64,000 nucleotides of DNA. Origin: Gammaproteobacteria bacterium. GTDB lineage: Bacteria > Pseudomonadota > Gammaproteobacteria > SZUA-140. This document shows positions 30,985 to 41,052 of this stretch, in pieces (position 1 is the first letter of the stretch; each line of letters opens with the position of its first letter). The translations under genes and the position numbers were made by a program. The stretch covers positions 9,308-73,307 of the forward strand of contig JAKISP010000011.1 of NCBI GenBank assembly GCA_021648525.1. The letters run 5' to 3'. The notes below the pieces were generated by a model. The model did no database searches. It saw only the letters and a list, made by a program, of their open reading frames with translations, and was not told the DNA's origin.

Positions 30985-32889
30985 CTAAAGTGGGCGTGCG
31001 ATGCCTCGTTTGAATCGTGCCCAGGGCAATTGCCGGAAAATACGATTAGATTCGCCCAGACTCAGTGAGCCAGTTTCGCCGTTATAACGTTCATAGCGAA
31101 AGGTGGCCATATGTTTGATTCTCGGAATGAGGTGATAGGCATCGATTCCCATCGCATAAAAGCGGGTATATTGCCTGCTTTTTTCTGGCCACAGTTGCTG
31201 AATTTGTTGGCTAAGACTGTTTTCTTCCCTGTTTTGGTTTAATACCCATGGGATGTCACAAAAGGTGATTTGATCAAGGTCACGGTTGGCTTCTCTATCT
31301 GGCTGGCCTGAATAGAGGTGGGAGGTCGCGTAGACAGGTAAATCACCCGCGTAATGGAATTTGAGCTGCGGTTTGATCAGTCGTGCCTGGCGAGGGAAGG
31401 CAACCATAAAGACAAAGTCGGCGTCCTGCCGGCGCCGCGGCTCAAATTTTAGCCTGGTGCCGAGTAGTTGTTGCAGCTCTTTTTTGCGGCGCTGGCTTTC
31501 ATCGATATTGAGCAGATTGCGCAGTGGCCCTGAAAAGTCATTTTTGCTGGAGGCGTAGCTCTGCTGTTCTGCCATGGTACCGTTGAGTGCCTCCCAGCTG
31601 TCGTTAAAGGCCTGTAGAATACGTGCCCCCCATTCGCCTTCTGGCACAATCGCGAGTGCCTGATTGTAGCCGTCGAGCCAGGCACGTTCTGCCAGTTGGT
31701 GGGCTTCATCTTCGGGAGCGAGGCCAAACTGAAAAAGGTTGTCTGCCATTAACTCAGGATTACTGCTGTAGTTAAGCGTGAGGGTTGGGATGGAAGCATC
31801 ACCTTCTGCGATAAGGTTATCGACATCTTCTTTATTAAGTGGCCCAACAATGAATTCGGCACCATCATTGACAGCCTGCTGATACTGTTCATTGGCGGTG
31901 CGCCCTTTGGCGGCTGTATCGTAGAGACGAATTGATGAGGCTATCTGGTTGTTTTTTTCGTTGAAATGGGCGGCGAAGAATCCATCTCGAATAATGGCTG
32001 CTACGTCTGCAAAGTTACCGCTCATTGGTAGTAAAAGAGCTATTTTTTCAGGACGAACCAGTCTGCTGCTTTGCAGGGCGTTGATCGAGGCGAGGATGTT
32101 TTCTGATACTCGGATATCAGGGTAATCCTGGTGCCAGGTGGTGAGCGCATCTGTCAGGGCGGCAGCGCTAATGGGAGGGACGTGCTGGGTGCTTTTAGCG
32201 AGTAAGGCGAGTTCGAGCCAGCCACTGAGGGAATCGGGTGGCGGGTTGATACGCAGCTGTTGCAGCATGGTATTGGATAGCATCATGAGTGATTGCCAGA
32301 TGAGTAGCTGGTTGTCTTCAATCTCTGAGGCAGGAATGGGAGGTGCATCGATCGGTGCCACGAGGTAAGGTCCTCGTTGAATATATTCACGCACCGCTTC
32401 GATGAGGTTACCTGCACGGCTATAGGCCTGTGCGCGTAGCATATGATAGAGCGCGCGTTGTTTATTGCTGGTGAGTGGTGATGGTGCTTGCTGGAGCAGA
32501 TCAAGGGCATGGGCTGGATTTGACTCAGCCAGCGCAATGCGCGCAGCAAGCAGGTTGAAATCTAATTGCTGGCTCTCATTGAGATTGTCGAGAGTGATCG
32601 CCTGCAGCGCTCGCTGTGCCTGCGCGATATAGTTGCCTTTGAGTAGCATAGCGGCTGCTTTCATCTGAAAATCGGTGCGTGCTTCGCCAGGTGCGATCAG
32701 TGCGAGTTGTTTATAGGCGTTGCCCGCGGCTTCGTAATAGCCTTCTTCTGCCGCACTTTCAGCAAATTGCAGTAGTGCGAGTGTGTCACGTTGATGGCTA
32801 TTATCAGGTGTGGTTGAGCAGCCTGCGATAACGGTAACGAGAGCGATGGATGCAACCAGGGTTCGAAAACAGTGTAAGGGGGTAGCCAT
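30985..32889 (-). CDS. lpoA: Penicillin-binding protein activator LpoA
   Basis: Lipobox IAGC, GWLEL, IALLLP, IVGPL, LYATS, YAMGIDAY; divergent from rsmI. ORF extends to 32979. Confidence 0.9.
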   Translation of the reverse strand: MATPLHCFRTLVASIALVTVIAGCSTTPDNSHQRDTLALLQFAESAAEEGYYEAAGNAYKQLALIAPGEARTDFQMKAAAMLLKGNYIAQAQRALQAITLDNLNESQQLDFNLLAARIALAESNPAHALDLLQQAPSPLTSNKQRALYHMLRAQAYSRAGNLIEAVREYIQRGPYLVAPIDAPPIPASEIEDNQLLIWQSLMMLSNTMLQQLRINPPPDSLSGWLELALLAKSTQHVPPISAAALTDALTTWHQDYPDIRVSENILASINALQSSRLVRPEKIALLLPMSGNFADVAAIIRDGFFAAHFNEKNNQIASSIRLYDTAAKGRTANEQYQQAVNDGAEFIVGPLNKEDVDNLIAEGDASIPTLTLNYSSNPELMADNLFQFGLAPEDEAHQLAERAWLDGYNQALAIVPEGEWGARILQAFNDSWEALNGTMAEQQSYASSKNDFSGPLRNLLNIDESQRRKKELQQLLGTRLKFEPRRRQDADFVFMVAFPRQARLIKPQLKFHYAGDLPVYATSHLYSGQPDREANRDLDQITFCDIPWVLNQNREENSLSQQIQQLWPEKSRQYTRFYAMGIDAYHLIPRIKHMATFRYERYNGETGSLSLGESNRIFRQLPWARFKRGIARPL

Positions 32890-33004
32890 TGTTTGAGACT
32901 GGATTCCTGTGCCCGGTGAGGTGTGGGCTCTGTTAAAATGAGCGCCAATTGCGGCTCGGTTGTAAAATCTTCGAGCCATATTACTATAACTAAGTCATTG
33001 GGGG

Positions 33005-33853
33005 TTGTCAGTGTCAATTATTAGTGGCGCATTGTACGTGGTGGCGACACCGATCGGTAATTTGGGGGATATCAGTGCGCGTGCGCTTGAAGTGTTGCAT
33101 GGGGTGACGGTAATCGCAGCTGAAGATACTCGTCATAGCGGTAAGCTATTGCACCATTTCGGCATTAAGACGCCAACGATGGCGTTGCATGATCACAACG
33201 AGCGCGTGGTAAGTGAATCAATAGTCATTCGTTTACAGGCGGGCGAGACAGTGGCGTTGGTGAGTGATGCGGGCACGCCGTTGATTAGTGACCCTGGTTA
33301 TCACCTGGTAGCACAGGCGCGTGCGGCCGGGTGTCAGGTGATTCCGGTGCCGGGGGCGAGTGCGCTATTGGCGGCGCTGTCGGCATCTGGCCTGCCGAGT
33401 GACCGTTTTACCTTTGAGGGATTTTTACCCGCGAAGGCGGGTGCGCGTAATGCAAAACTGGAGCCGTTGCGCGAAGACCCGCGCACGCTGGTTTTTTACG
33501 AAGCACCGCACCGGATCGAAGAGTCGATCGCTGCGATGGCAGGGGTGTTTGGTGGTGAGCGCCCAGCGGTGATTGCACGCGAGCTGAGCAAAACCTTTGA
33601 AACGATTCATGGCGATAGCCTCGCGGGTCTGTCAAACTGGCTGGCCGCAGATGCCAATCAGCGTAAAGGGGAGTTTGTGGTGATGGTGGGTGGCGCGCCG
33701 CAGGCAGAGCAGTTAGTCGACGCTGAGGCCGAACGGATATTGCGCTTGCTGCTGGATGAGGTCTCGCTCAAACAGGCGGCGGCACTAGCGGCGAAGATCA
33801 CCGGTGTGAAAAAGAATCTGCTCTACCAATTTGCGCTGGATTTAGCGCGCTAA
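33005..33853 (+). CDS. rsmI: 16S rRNA (C1402)-2'-O-methyltransferase
   Basis: LYVVATPIGNL, AEDTR, SDAGTPLISDPG, ARELSKTFE, KGEFVV. Confidence 0.97.
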   Translation: MSVSIISGALYVVATPIGNLGDISARALEVLHGVTVIAAEDTRHSGKLLHHFGIKTPTMALHDHNERVVSESIVIRLQAGETVALVSDAGTPLISDPGYHLVAQARAAGCQVIPVPGASALLAALSASGLPSDRFTFEGFLPAKAGARNAKLEPLREDPRTLVFYEAPHRIEESIAAMAGVFGGERPAVIARELSKTFETIHGDSLAGLSNWLAADANQRKGEFVVMVGGAPQAEQLVDAEAERILRLLLDEVSLKQAAALAAKITGVKKNLLYQFALDLAR

Positions 33854-33873
33854 TGTGTAAATCACGTATTTAG

Positions 33874-34003
33874 GGAGCCTCTGATTAATTACATCATCTG
33901 TTATTGCGAGCGAAGCGCGGCAATCTCGGTGCTATAAGAATCATCTAGTTAGGAGATTACTTCGTCGCTTCACTCCTCGTAATGACAATTAATCAGAGGT
34001 CCC
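33874..34003. mobile_element. 130-bp MITE with 17-bp TIRs, TTAG flanking direct repeats and an internal palindromic repeat
   Basis: TIRs GGAGCCTCTGATTAATT / GGGACCTCTGATTAATT (13 bp perfect). TTAG at 33870-33873 and 34004-34007. Interior GTTATTGCGAGCGAAGCGCGGCAATCTC ... GAGATTACTTCGTCGCTTCACTCCTCGTAATGAC. Confidence 0.7.
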
Positions 34004-34019
34004 TTAGTCTATTTCCCCT

Positions 34020-34048
34020 TTGCACTTTCCCCTTTTCCACTGTATCTT
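34020..34048 (+). promoter_or_regulatory. rnpB promoter
   Basis: TTGCAC-17 bp-TATCTT, 7 nt before the rnpB 5' end. Confidence 0.6.
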
Positions 34049-34055
34049 CTCGTTC

Positions 34056-34393
34056 GGGAGTTGGCTAGGCAATCGCTGTTCGATCATTTCGGTGGTCGGG
34101 TGGAGGAAAGTCCGGGCTCCACAGGGCAGAGTGCCAGGTAACGCCTGGGCGGTGAGAACCGACGGCCAGTGCAACAGAAAGATACCGCCTACCTCGGTAG
34201 GTAAGGGTGAAATGGTGCGGTAAGAGCGCACCGCGCGGCTGGTAACAGTCGTGGCATGGTAAACCCCACTCGGAGCAAGACCAAATAGGGGAACATATGG
34301 CGCGGCCCGCGTTGTTCCCGGGTAGGTTGCATGAGGTGTGTGGCGACGCACATCCCAGATGAATGATTGTCCACGACAGAACCCGGCTTATCG
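34056..34393 (+). ncRNA. rnpB: RNase P RNA, type A
   Basis: GAGGAAAGTCCGGGCTCC, AGTGCAACAGAAA, GGTAAACCCC, ACAGAACCCGGCTTA; P1 ends GGGAGTTGGC / GCCGGCTCCC. Confidence 0.97.
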
Positions 34394-34450
34394 GCCGGCT
34401 CCCACCTTATTTTTTGTCTTAGAGTCGCTGTAGGTTGCTCAATTGATTGT

Positions 34451-34480
34451 TGACCTTCCGCACCGCCGTGCGGAAGGTCA
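34451..34480. terminator. Hairpin between convergent rnpB and galE
   Basis: Perfect 13-bp stem TGACCTTCCGCAC / GTGCGGAAGGTCA. Confidence 0.65.
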
Positions 34481-34487
34481 TGGCACT

Positions 34488-35486
34488 TTAATGGCCTTTT
34501 TTCTTTGCCTGTACCTTCTTTTCCCAATCCAGCGCGGTCTGCGTAATCAGGTCAAGGTCATTGTATTTTGGTTGCCAGCCGAGGGTCTCGCGGATTTTGC
34601 TGGCGGCGGCGATTAGTGCCGGTGGATCGCCAGCACGGCGCGGCTCTTCGACGATTTTAAGCGGGCTGCCGTGGCACTTTTCAACCGAATTGAGGACCTG
34701 TCGTACGCTGAAGCCGCTGCCGTAGCCGCAGTTCAGGGTGGTTGATTCGCCGCCATTGCGCAGATAATCGAGTGCTTTAAGGTGGGCACTGGCAAGATCA
34801 TCGACGTGAATATAGTCACGCACGCCAGTACCGTCTTCAGTGGGGTAGTCGGTGCCGAAGATCGCAACCTGCTCACGTGCGCCGGTAGCGACTTCGCAGG
34901 CGACTTTGATCAGGTGGGTCGCTTCAGGGGTAGATTGGCCAATCAACCCCTCTACATTGGCTCCTGCAACATTGAAATAGCGTAGTACGACATAGCTTAG
35001 ATCACAAACAGCCGCGAGATCACGCAGCATCCATTCACTCATCAACTTAGAAGTGCCATAGGGGTTGATCGGTACCAGTGGGGTCTCTTCGGAGGCGGGC
35101 AGTTCATCAGGGATGCCGTAAACGGCGGCGGTTGATGAAAATATAAAATGAGAAACGCCCGCTTTTTGGCAGCAATCCAGTAAGTTACGTGTGTTGCAGG
35201 TGTTGTTACCATAGTATTTCATTGGGTCGCTGACCGATTCAGGGACGACAATGTTGGCGGCAAAGTGGAGCACTGCGCCGATGTCATGATCTTTAAGGAT
35301 CTGGGACACGAGCGGCTGGTCGCCTGTGTTGCCGATAATCAGCTCTCCATGAAGTACCGCTTCTTTGAAGCCGGTAGAGAGGTTGTCGAGTACCACGATG
35401 CGGTGACCTGCTTCTCCTAACTGACGAACGACATGGCTGCCGATGTATCCTGCGCCGCCTGTTACCAAAATTCCCTGTTGCGCCAT
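34488..35486 (-). CDS. galE: UDP-glucose 4-epimerase
   Basis: TGGAGYIGSH, HFAA, SSTAAVYG, YGTSK, RYFNVAGA, RDYIHVDDLA. Confidence 0.96.
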   Translation of the reverse strand: MAQQGILVTGGAGYIGSHVVRQLGEAGHRIVVLDNLSTGFKEAVLHGELIIGNTGDQPLVSQILKDHDIGAVLHFAANIVVPESVSDPMKYYGNNTCNTRNLLDCCQKAGVSHFIFSSTAAVYGIPDELPASEETPLVPINPYGTSKLMSEWMLRDLAAVCDLSYVVLRYFNVAGANVEGLIGQSTPEATHLIKVACEVATGAREQVAIFGTDYPTEDGTGVRDYIHVDDLASAHLKALDYLRNGGESTTLNCGYGSGFSVRQVLNSVEKCHGSPLKIVEEPRRAGDPPALIAAASKIRETLGWQPKYNDLDLITQTALDWEKKVQAKKKGH

Positions 35487-35659
35487 TTGTGGCCCCTCTG
35501 TTTTGAATGAATATTAAAAATAGTAACACTGAACTGTGTTCGCATGAATCAATGGAGGGTCAGTTTAGCGCTAATATTTAGTGAATTTCATTCGATCAGG
35601 TGAAAAAACTACTTTTCAGGAAAAAATCACAATTTTCATCACTTTGTTTCACTATTGTA

Positions 35660-35688
35660 TTGACAAGAAGGCCCTTCATGAGCAGAAT
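35660..35688 (+). promoter_or_regulatory. Promoter of the tRNA-tufB operon
   Basis: TTGACA-17 bp-CAGAAT, followed by a GC-rich discriminator. Confidence 0.7.
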
Positions 35689-35705
35689 AAGCCGCTTGCA
35701 TTTTT

Positions 35706-35790
35706 GGAGGGGTTCCCGAGTGGCCAAAGGGATCAGACTGTAAATCTGACGGTTCATCCTTCGGAGGTTCGAATCCTCCCCCCTCCACCA
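35706..35790 (+). tRNA. tRNA-Tyr (GTA)
   Basis: Cloverleaf with long variable arm, anticodon loop CTGTAAA, TTCGA, CCA end. Confidence 0.97.
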
Positions 35791-35823
35791 AAAGAACAAG
35801 GTGTAAGTGCCAGGTTGACATAA

Positions 35824-35897
35824 GCGGGTGTAGTTCAATGGTAGAACGTCAGCCTTCCAAGCTGAACACGTGGGTTCGATTCCCATCACCCGCTCCA
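35824..35897 (+). tRNA. tRNA-Gly (TCC)
   Basis: GCGGGTG acceptor stem, anticodon loop CTTCCAA, CCA end. Confidence 0.97.
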
Positions 35898-35960
35898 TCT
35901 ATTAAGATTGGGTGGCAGTTTAGTTGAAGTAAGTTTTTGCCTGTGATGGGTGAGTGATGC

Positions 35961-36036
<76 letters not shown>

Positions 36037-36107
36037 TATATTTGATTGTATGGTGTTTTTTATTTTTTGGCGTGTGCTAATAATTTAGCTATTGGGAGAC
36101 AATCGCG

Positions 36108-37298
36108 ATGTCTAAGGAAAAGTTTGAACGTAATAAGCCCCATGTGAATGTGGGTACGATTGGTCACGTTGATCATGGTAAAACAACGCTGACAGCCGCG
36201 TTGACAGTGACGCAAGCAAAGAAATTTGGTGGTGACTCTAAGGGTTATGACCAAATTGATAGTGCTCCTGAAGAACGCGCACGTGGTATCACGATTGCGA
36301 CTGCTCACGTAGAGTACGAGTCTGCAAATCGTCACTACGCACACGTAGATTGTCCAGGGCATGCTGATTATGTGAAAAACATGATTACCGGTGCTGCACA
36401 GATGGATGGCGCGATACTGGTTTGTTCTGCAGCTGATGGCCCTATGCCTCAGACACGCGAGCACATCCTTCTGGCGCGTCAGGTGGGCGTTCCTTATATC
36501 GTGGTCTACCTGAACAAGGCAGACATGGTTGATGACGACGAGCTGTTAGAGCTGGTTGAAATGGAAGTGCGTGAGCTGCTAGACAAGTATGATTTCCCTG
36601 GCGATGATACTCCTGTCATCATCGGTTCTGCGCTTAAAGCACTAGAAGGCGACGACAGCGAAATCGGCACACAGTCGATTGATAAATTGATCGATGCGCT
36701 AGATACCTACATTCCTCAGCCAGAGCGTGCTATCGACGGTGCTTTCCTGATGCCAGTAGAGGATGTATTCTCTATTTCAGGTCGTGGTACTGTTGTGACC
36801 GGCCGTATTGATCAGGGTGTGGTTAAGGTCGGTGAAGAGATTGAGATTGTTGGTATTAAAGATACCGTAAAGACCACCTGTACTGGTGTTGAAATGTTCC
36901 GTAAACTGCTTGATCACGGTGAAGCGGGCGATAATGTTGGTGTTCTGTTACGTGGCACCAAGCGTGAAGATGTTGAACGCGGCCAGGTGCTTTGTGCGCC
37001 AGGTTCAATCAATCCTCACACTAAATTTGAAGCTGAAATCTACATTTTGACTAAAGATGAAGGAGGACGTCATACGCCATTCTTTCAGGGATATCGCCCA
37101 CAGTTTTACTTCCGTACCACGGATGTAACCGGTGCATGCGAGCTCCCAGAGGGTACTGAGATGGTGATGCCGGGTGATAATGTAGCAATGACGGTTACCT
37201 TGATTGCACCGATTGCGATGAGTGAAGGTCTGCGTTTCGCAATCCGTGAGGGTGGCCGTACCGTTGGTGCGGGTGTTGTCGCAAAAATTATTGAGTAA
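36108..37298 (+). CDS. tuf: Elongation factor Tu (tRNA-linked copy, tufB position)
   Basis: [26 protein letters not shown]. Confidence 0.99.
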   Translation: MSKEKFERNKPHVNVGTIGHVDHGKTTLTAALTVTQAKKFGGDSKGYDQIDSAPEERARGITIATAHVEYESANRHYAHVDCPGHADYVKNMITGAAQMDGAILVCSAADGPMPQTREHILLARQVGVPYIVVYLNKADMVDDDELLELVEMEVRELLDKYDFPGDDTPVIIGSALKALEGDDSEIGTQSIDKLIDALDTYIPQPERAIDGAFLMPVEDVFSISGRGTVVTGRIDQGVVKVGEEIEIVGIKDTVKTTCTGVEMFRKLLDHGEAGDNVGVLLRGTKREDVERGQVLCAPGSINPHTKFEAEIYILTKDEGGRHTPFFQGYRPQFYFRTTDVTGACELPEGTEMVMPGDNVAMTVTLIAPIAMSEGLRFAIREGGRTVGAGVVAKIIE

Positions 37299-37345
37299 TC
37301 AATATTAAAGAAAAAGAACACGGGTAAAAGATTGTAGTTTATTCG

Positions 37346-37382
37346 AAAGCATAGGTGTCGTAAGATGCCTATGCTTTGTTTT
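37346..37382 (+). terminator. Intrinsic terminator after tuf
   Basis: AAAGCATAGGTGTC-GTAA-GATGCCTATGCTTT plus T run. Confidence 0.75.
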
Positions 37383-37416
37383 ACTTGCAGGTTTTACACG
37401 TTAAAGAAGTTAGAAT

Positions 37417-37492
37417 AGGCCAGTAGCTCAATTGGCAGAGCGGCGGTCTCCAAAACCGCAGGTTGGGGGTTCGATTCCCTCCTGGCCTGCCA
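37417..37492 (+). tRNA. tRNA-Trp (CCA)
   Basis: AGGCCAG acceptor stem, anticodon loop CTCCAAA, CCA end; upstream of secE. Confidence 0.97.
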
Positions 37493-37556
37493 CTTTTTAA
37501 TAAAAGTAGGTGGGTCTAAATTTATTTAGACATTTAAGGGGCTTAGGCGAAATACA

Positions 37557-37901
37557 GTGGATAAGTTAAAGTTTCTATTAGCTGTACTGGTACTGGGTGG
37601 TGCCGTGTTTGGGTTTTATCACTACGGTGAAGAATCTATGTTGTACCGAGTGATCGGTATGCTGGCGGCGTTGGGTATTGCAACCGGTATTATGTTGCAG
37701 ACAGTGGTGGGGCAGCAGGCGTGGGGGTTTTTCGGCGATGCGCGCACTGAAGCACGTAAGGTTGTCTGGCCATCTCGTAAAGACACTATCCAGACAACAT
37801 TGATGGTACTGGCGATGGCCATTCTCTGTGCAATTTTGCTGTGGTTGTTTGATTCATTTTTATCGTGGGCTGTTAGTTATCTGACAGGCGCGGGAGGCTA
37901 G
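37557..37901 (+). CDS. secE: Preprotein translocase subunit SecE
   Basis: Three TM helices, EARKVVWPSRKDT. Confidence 0.95.
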   Translation: MDKLKFLLAVLVLGGAVFGFYHYGEESMLYRVIGMLAALGIATGIMLQTVVGQQAWGFFGDARTEARKVVWPSRKDTIQTTLMVLAMAILCAILLWLFDSFLSWAVSYLTGAGG

Positions 37902-37904
37902 CAC

Positions 37905-38438
37905 GTGGCAATGCGTTGGTACGTTGTACATGTATATTCTGGCTTTGAGCACCAGGCTGTTCGTTCATTGCAGGACCGGATTGTCTTCGGTGAAATGGAA
38001 GATAAGTTTGGCGAAATCCTCGTTCCTACGGAAGAGGTGATCGAGATGCGAGGTGGTCAGAAGCGTAAGAGTGACCGTAAGTTTTTTCCGGGTTATGTGC
38101 TGGTTCAGATGGAACTGGATGATGTGACCTGGCATTTAGTAAAAGATGTGCCAAAAGTGATGGGCTTTATCGGCGGGACCAGTGATCGTCCTGCGCCCAT
38201 TTCTGATAAAGAGGCTCAACGTATTATTGACCGCGTTCAGGAAGGTGTTGAAAAACCACGTCCGAAAGTTCTGTTTGAGCCAGGTGAGGTGGTGCGCGTG
38301 ACTGATGGTCCTTTCGCCGATTTTAATGGCGTAGTTGAAGAGGTCAATTATGAAAAGAGTCGTGTGCGCGTCGCTGTTTTGATTTTTGGACGCTCCACAC
38401 CCGTCGACCTTGGGTTTGGTGAGGTCGAGAAAAGTTAA
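37905..38438 (+). CDS. nusG: Transcription termination/antitermination factor NusG
   Basis: [22 protein letters not shown] motif, IFGRSTPV. Confidence 0.98.
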   Translation: MAMRWYVVHVYSGFEHQAVRSLQDRIVFGEMEDKFGEILVPTEEVIEMRGGQKRKSDRKFFPGYVLVQMELDDVTWHLVKDVPKVMGFIGGTSDRPAPISDKEAQRIIDRVQEGVEKPRPKVLFEPGEVVRVTDGPFADFNGVVEEVNYEKSRVRVAVLIFGRSTPVDLGFGEVEKS

Positions 38439-38443
38439 TTTTG

Positions 38444-38465
38444 ACCAGCTGCAAGGCTGGTTTTT
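38444..38465 (+). terminator. Hairpin / terminator after nusG
   Basis: ACCAGCT-GCAA-GGCTGGT followed by TTTT. Confidence 0.55.
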
Positions 38466-38479
38466 ATACGTAAACCAAT

Positions 38480-38504
38480 GGGGAGCTGAAAGGCGTTTGC
38501 ACCC
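38480..38504 (+). promoter_or_regulatory. Ribosomal protein L1 autoregulatory site in the rplK leader
   Basis: GGGGAGCT-GAAA-GGCG...CACCC motif just upstream of the rplK SD. Confidence 0.55.
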
Positions 38505-38519
38505 GGGAGTAAAGTAAAG

Positions 38520-38951
38520 ATGGCAAAGAAGATTGAAGCTTATATCAAGCTACAGGTGCCGGCAGGCAAAGCGAATCCAAGTCCGCCAGTAGGTCCTGCG
38601 CTAGGTCAGCACGGCGTAAACATTATGGAGTTCTGTAAGGCGTTTAACGCTAAAACTCAGGGTATGGAGGCGGGTTTACCTGTTCCTGTTGTTATCTCAG
38701 TCTATTCTGATCGTAGCTTTACCTTCATCACCAAAACCCCGCCAGCGGCTATTTTATTAAAGAAAGCAGCGGGTATTAAGAGTGGTAGTGGTACGCCTAA
38801 CACCAACAAAGTTGGCAAGGTTTCTCGCGCACAGCTGGAAGAGATCGCGACGACTAAAATGCCAGACCTGACAGCAGCAAACATGGATGCAGCCGTTCGC
38901 ACCCTGGCGGGTACTGCTCGTAGTATGGGTCTTGAAACGGAGGGCGTGTAA
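38520..38951 (+). CDS. rplK: 50S ribosomal protein L11
   Basis: [19 protein letters not shown]. Confidence 0.99.
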   Translation: MAKKIEAYIKLQVPAGKANPSPPVGPALGQHGVNIMEFCKAFNAKTQGMEAGLPVPVVISVYSDRSFTFITKTPPAAILLKKAAGIKSGSGTPNTNKVGKVSRAQLEEIATTKMPDLTAANMDAAVRTLAGTARSMGLETEGV

Positions 38952-38952
38952 G

Positions 38953-39657
38953 ATGGCTAAATTGACAAAACGTACACGCGCAATTAATGAGAAAGTAGAA
39001 GCTGGAAAGGCTTATTCTTTTGAAGACGCTGTTGCGATCCTGAAAGATATTTCTACCGTTAAATTCAACGAATCTGTTGATGTGAGCATTAACCTGGGTG
39101 TTGATTCAAAAAAATCGGACCAGGTTGTGCGTAGTGCAACAGTACTGCCAAACGGTACGGGTAAAACTGTCCGTGTTGCCGTGTTTGCTCAGGGTGCAAA
39201 TGCTGAAGCAGCTCAAGCGGCCGGTGCTGATATCGTTGGTTTTGATGATCTTGCTGCTTCTATTAAAGAAGGGAATATGGATTTCGATGTTGTGATTGCA
39301 AGCCCGGACGCAATGCGGGTTGTTGGTCAGCTTGGTCAGATACTGGGCCCTCGTGGTCTGATGCCTAACCCTAAAGTGGGCACTGTAACACCTGATGTTG
39401 CGACCGCAGTTAAGAATGCCAAAGCTGGACAGGTTCGTTACCGTACAGATAAAGCAGGTATCATCCACTGTACTATCGGTAAAGTAAACTTCGAAGCGGA
39501 TGCACTGAAAGGAAACCTTCAGGCGCTGTTGGCTGATCTTGTGAAAGCCAAGCCAAGTTCTGCCAAGGGTGTATATTTAAAGAAAATCTCTGTAACAAGC
39601 ACGATGGGTCCCGGCATACTGCTGGATCAATCGACTGTTGCAGAGAGTAGTGTGTAG
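38953..39657 (+). CDS. rplA: 50S ribosomal protein L1
   Basis: [22 protein letters not shown]; ATG 38953. Confidence 0.99.
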   Translation: MAKLTKRTRAINEKVEAGKAYSFEDAVAILKDISTVKFNESVDVSINLGVDSKKSDQVVRSATVLPNGTGKTVRVAVFAQGANAEAAQAAGADIVGFDDLAASIKEGNMDFDVVIASPDAMRVVGQLGQILGPRGLMPNPKVGTVTPDVATAVKNAKAGQVRYRTDKAGIIHCTIGKVNFEADALKGNLQALLADLVKAKPSSAKGVYLKKISVTSTMGPGILLDQSTVAESSV

Positions 39658-39689
39658 AGATTTCTGCGCATAAGGTGTAAATAAAGAAC

Positions 39690-39810
39690 TTTGGGCCCTG
39701 CTGAGCGTAAGCTCAGTAGACGTCGAAGACCGTTGGTGAGAGAAGCGAAGCAGTGCAACTCTCTTAATTAAAATAGTTATATTTTTGCCAGCGCAGGCGG
39801 TGGTTCCGTA
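39690..39810 (+). promoter_or_regulatory. L10 (rplJL) leader
   Basis: Hairpin CTGCTGAGC-GTAA-GCTCAGTAG, then GTCGAAGACCGTTGG...TTAAT...CCAGCGCAGGCGGTG, resembling the L10(L12)4 autoregulatory leader. Confidence 0.6.
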
Positions 39811-39920
39811 CAGGATTTTCCCTGATATCGGTCACCGTTTTAAGGTGGGATGTTTAATTAAACATTCTATGTGATCAATAAACATTGCTGTTAAATGTTT
39901 ATAACTCAGGAGGTAGACGA

Positions 39921-40445
39921 TTGTTAACTTTAGCTGAAAAACAAGCGATCGTTGCTGAAGTGGCCACCACTGCTGCTAATGCCCACTCTGCTGTTGCTGC
40001 GGAATACCGCGGTATCACAGTTGATGACATGACAGCATTGCGAGTCAAAGCACGCGAATCTGGTGTTTCCCTACGTGTTGTCAAAAATACACTAGCGAAG
40101 CGCGCGGTAGAAAATACCGAGTTCGAATGCATTGCTGACTTGTTAGTTGGTCCACTGGTTTTGGCATTTTCGAATGAAGAGCCATCTGCAGCCGCACGTG
40201 TTATCAATGACTTTTCCAAAGAGAACGACAAGCTGGTAGTTAAAGCTGTTGCGCTTCGTGGTAAGTTGCTTGATCCGTCGGATCTGCAGAAGCTTGCGAC
40301 AATGCCAACTAAGGATGAGGCGATTTCAATGTTGATGTCGGTGATGAAAGCACCGGTTGAGAAATTGGTTCGCACGCTTGCTGAACCCAATAATAAATTG
40401 GCCCGCACCTTGGATGCAGTACGTAACCAGAAAGACGCAGCGTAA
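39921..40445 (+). CDS. rplJ: 50S ribosomal protein L10
   Basis: KQAIVAEV, RVVKNTLAKRA. SD AGGAGG plus TTG 39921. Confidence 0.97.
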   Translation: MLTLAEKQAIVAEVATTAANAHSAVAAEYRGITVDDMTALRVKARESGVSLRVVKNTLAKRAVENTEFECIADLLVGPLVLAFSNEEPSAAARVINDFSKENDKLVVKAVALRGKLLDPSDLQKLATMPTKDEAISMLMSVMKAPVEKLVRTLAEPNNKLARTLDAVRNQKDAA

Positions 40446-40490
40446 ACGTAAAACATCTAGTTTAATATTTAATTTTTAGGAGTAATTTTC

Positions 40491-40868
40491 ATGGCGGTTT
40501 CATCAGAAGAGATTCTAGATACAATTTCTAACATGACAGTAGTTGAGGTTGTTGACCTTATCTCTGCAATGGAAGAAAAATTCGGTGTTTCAGCAGCAGC
40601 AGCGGTTGCAGTAGCAGCACCTGCCGGTGGTGAAAGTGGTGCAGCAGCAGCTGAGCAGACAGAGTTCGATGTTGTGATGACTAACTTTGGTGCCAACAAA
40701 GTTTCTGTAATTAAAGCGGTACGTAGCATCACGGGTCTTGGCCTTAAAGAAGCGAAAACGCTTGTTGAAGGTGCACCTTCTCCTATTAAGGAAGGCGCAA
40801 GCAAAGACGAAGCTGAAGATGTTAAGAAGCAGCTTGAGGAAGCAGGCGCTGAAGTCGAGATTAAATAA
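40491..40868 (+). CDS. rplL: 50S ribosomal protein L7/L12
   Basis: [19 protein letters not shown]. Confidence 0.99.
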   Translation: MAVSSEEILDTISNMTVVEVVDLISAMEEKFGVSAAAAVAVAAPAGGESGAAAAEQTEFDVVMTNFGANKVSVIKAVRSITGLGLKEAKTLVEGAPSPIKEGASKDEAEDVKKQLEEAGAEVEIK

Positions 40869-40913
40869 ATCTGACGCGACGCGCTGGTTTGCCGTTAGGT
40901 AAACCAAACAATG

Positions 40914-40963
40914 AAGTGGGCTTGCAGCCATGGGTTGCGGGCCTGCTTCTGCTTATTTTTTTT
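40914..40963 (+). terminator. rplL-rpoB attenuator-like hairpin
   Basis: GGGCTTGCAGCC-ATG-GGTTGCGGGCC with a downstream T run. Confidence 0.5.
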
Positions 40964-41052
40964 GCCGCCCGGGTGGCGGCAGATTTTGTACAAAGTGACC
41001 TGTGACCGCATCATCACAGGTTCATATTTCAACTAAAAGTTGAGGGTCCCAA

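Noticed and set aside
34004-34527. ORFs 34004-34351, 34020-34223 and 34189-34527
   Set aside because: They overlap RNase P RNA; the structured RNA explains the sequence.
35581-35898. ORFs across the tRNA cluster
   Set aside because: Translations of tRNA-Tyr/Gly sequence, a common annotation artefact.
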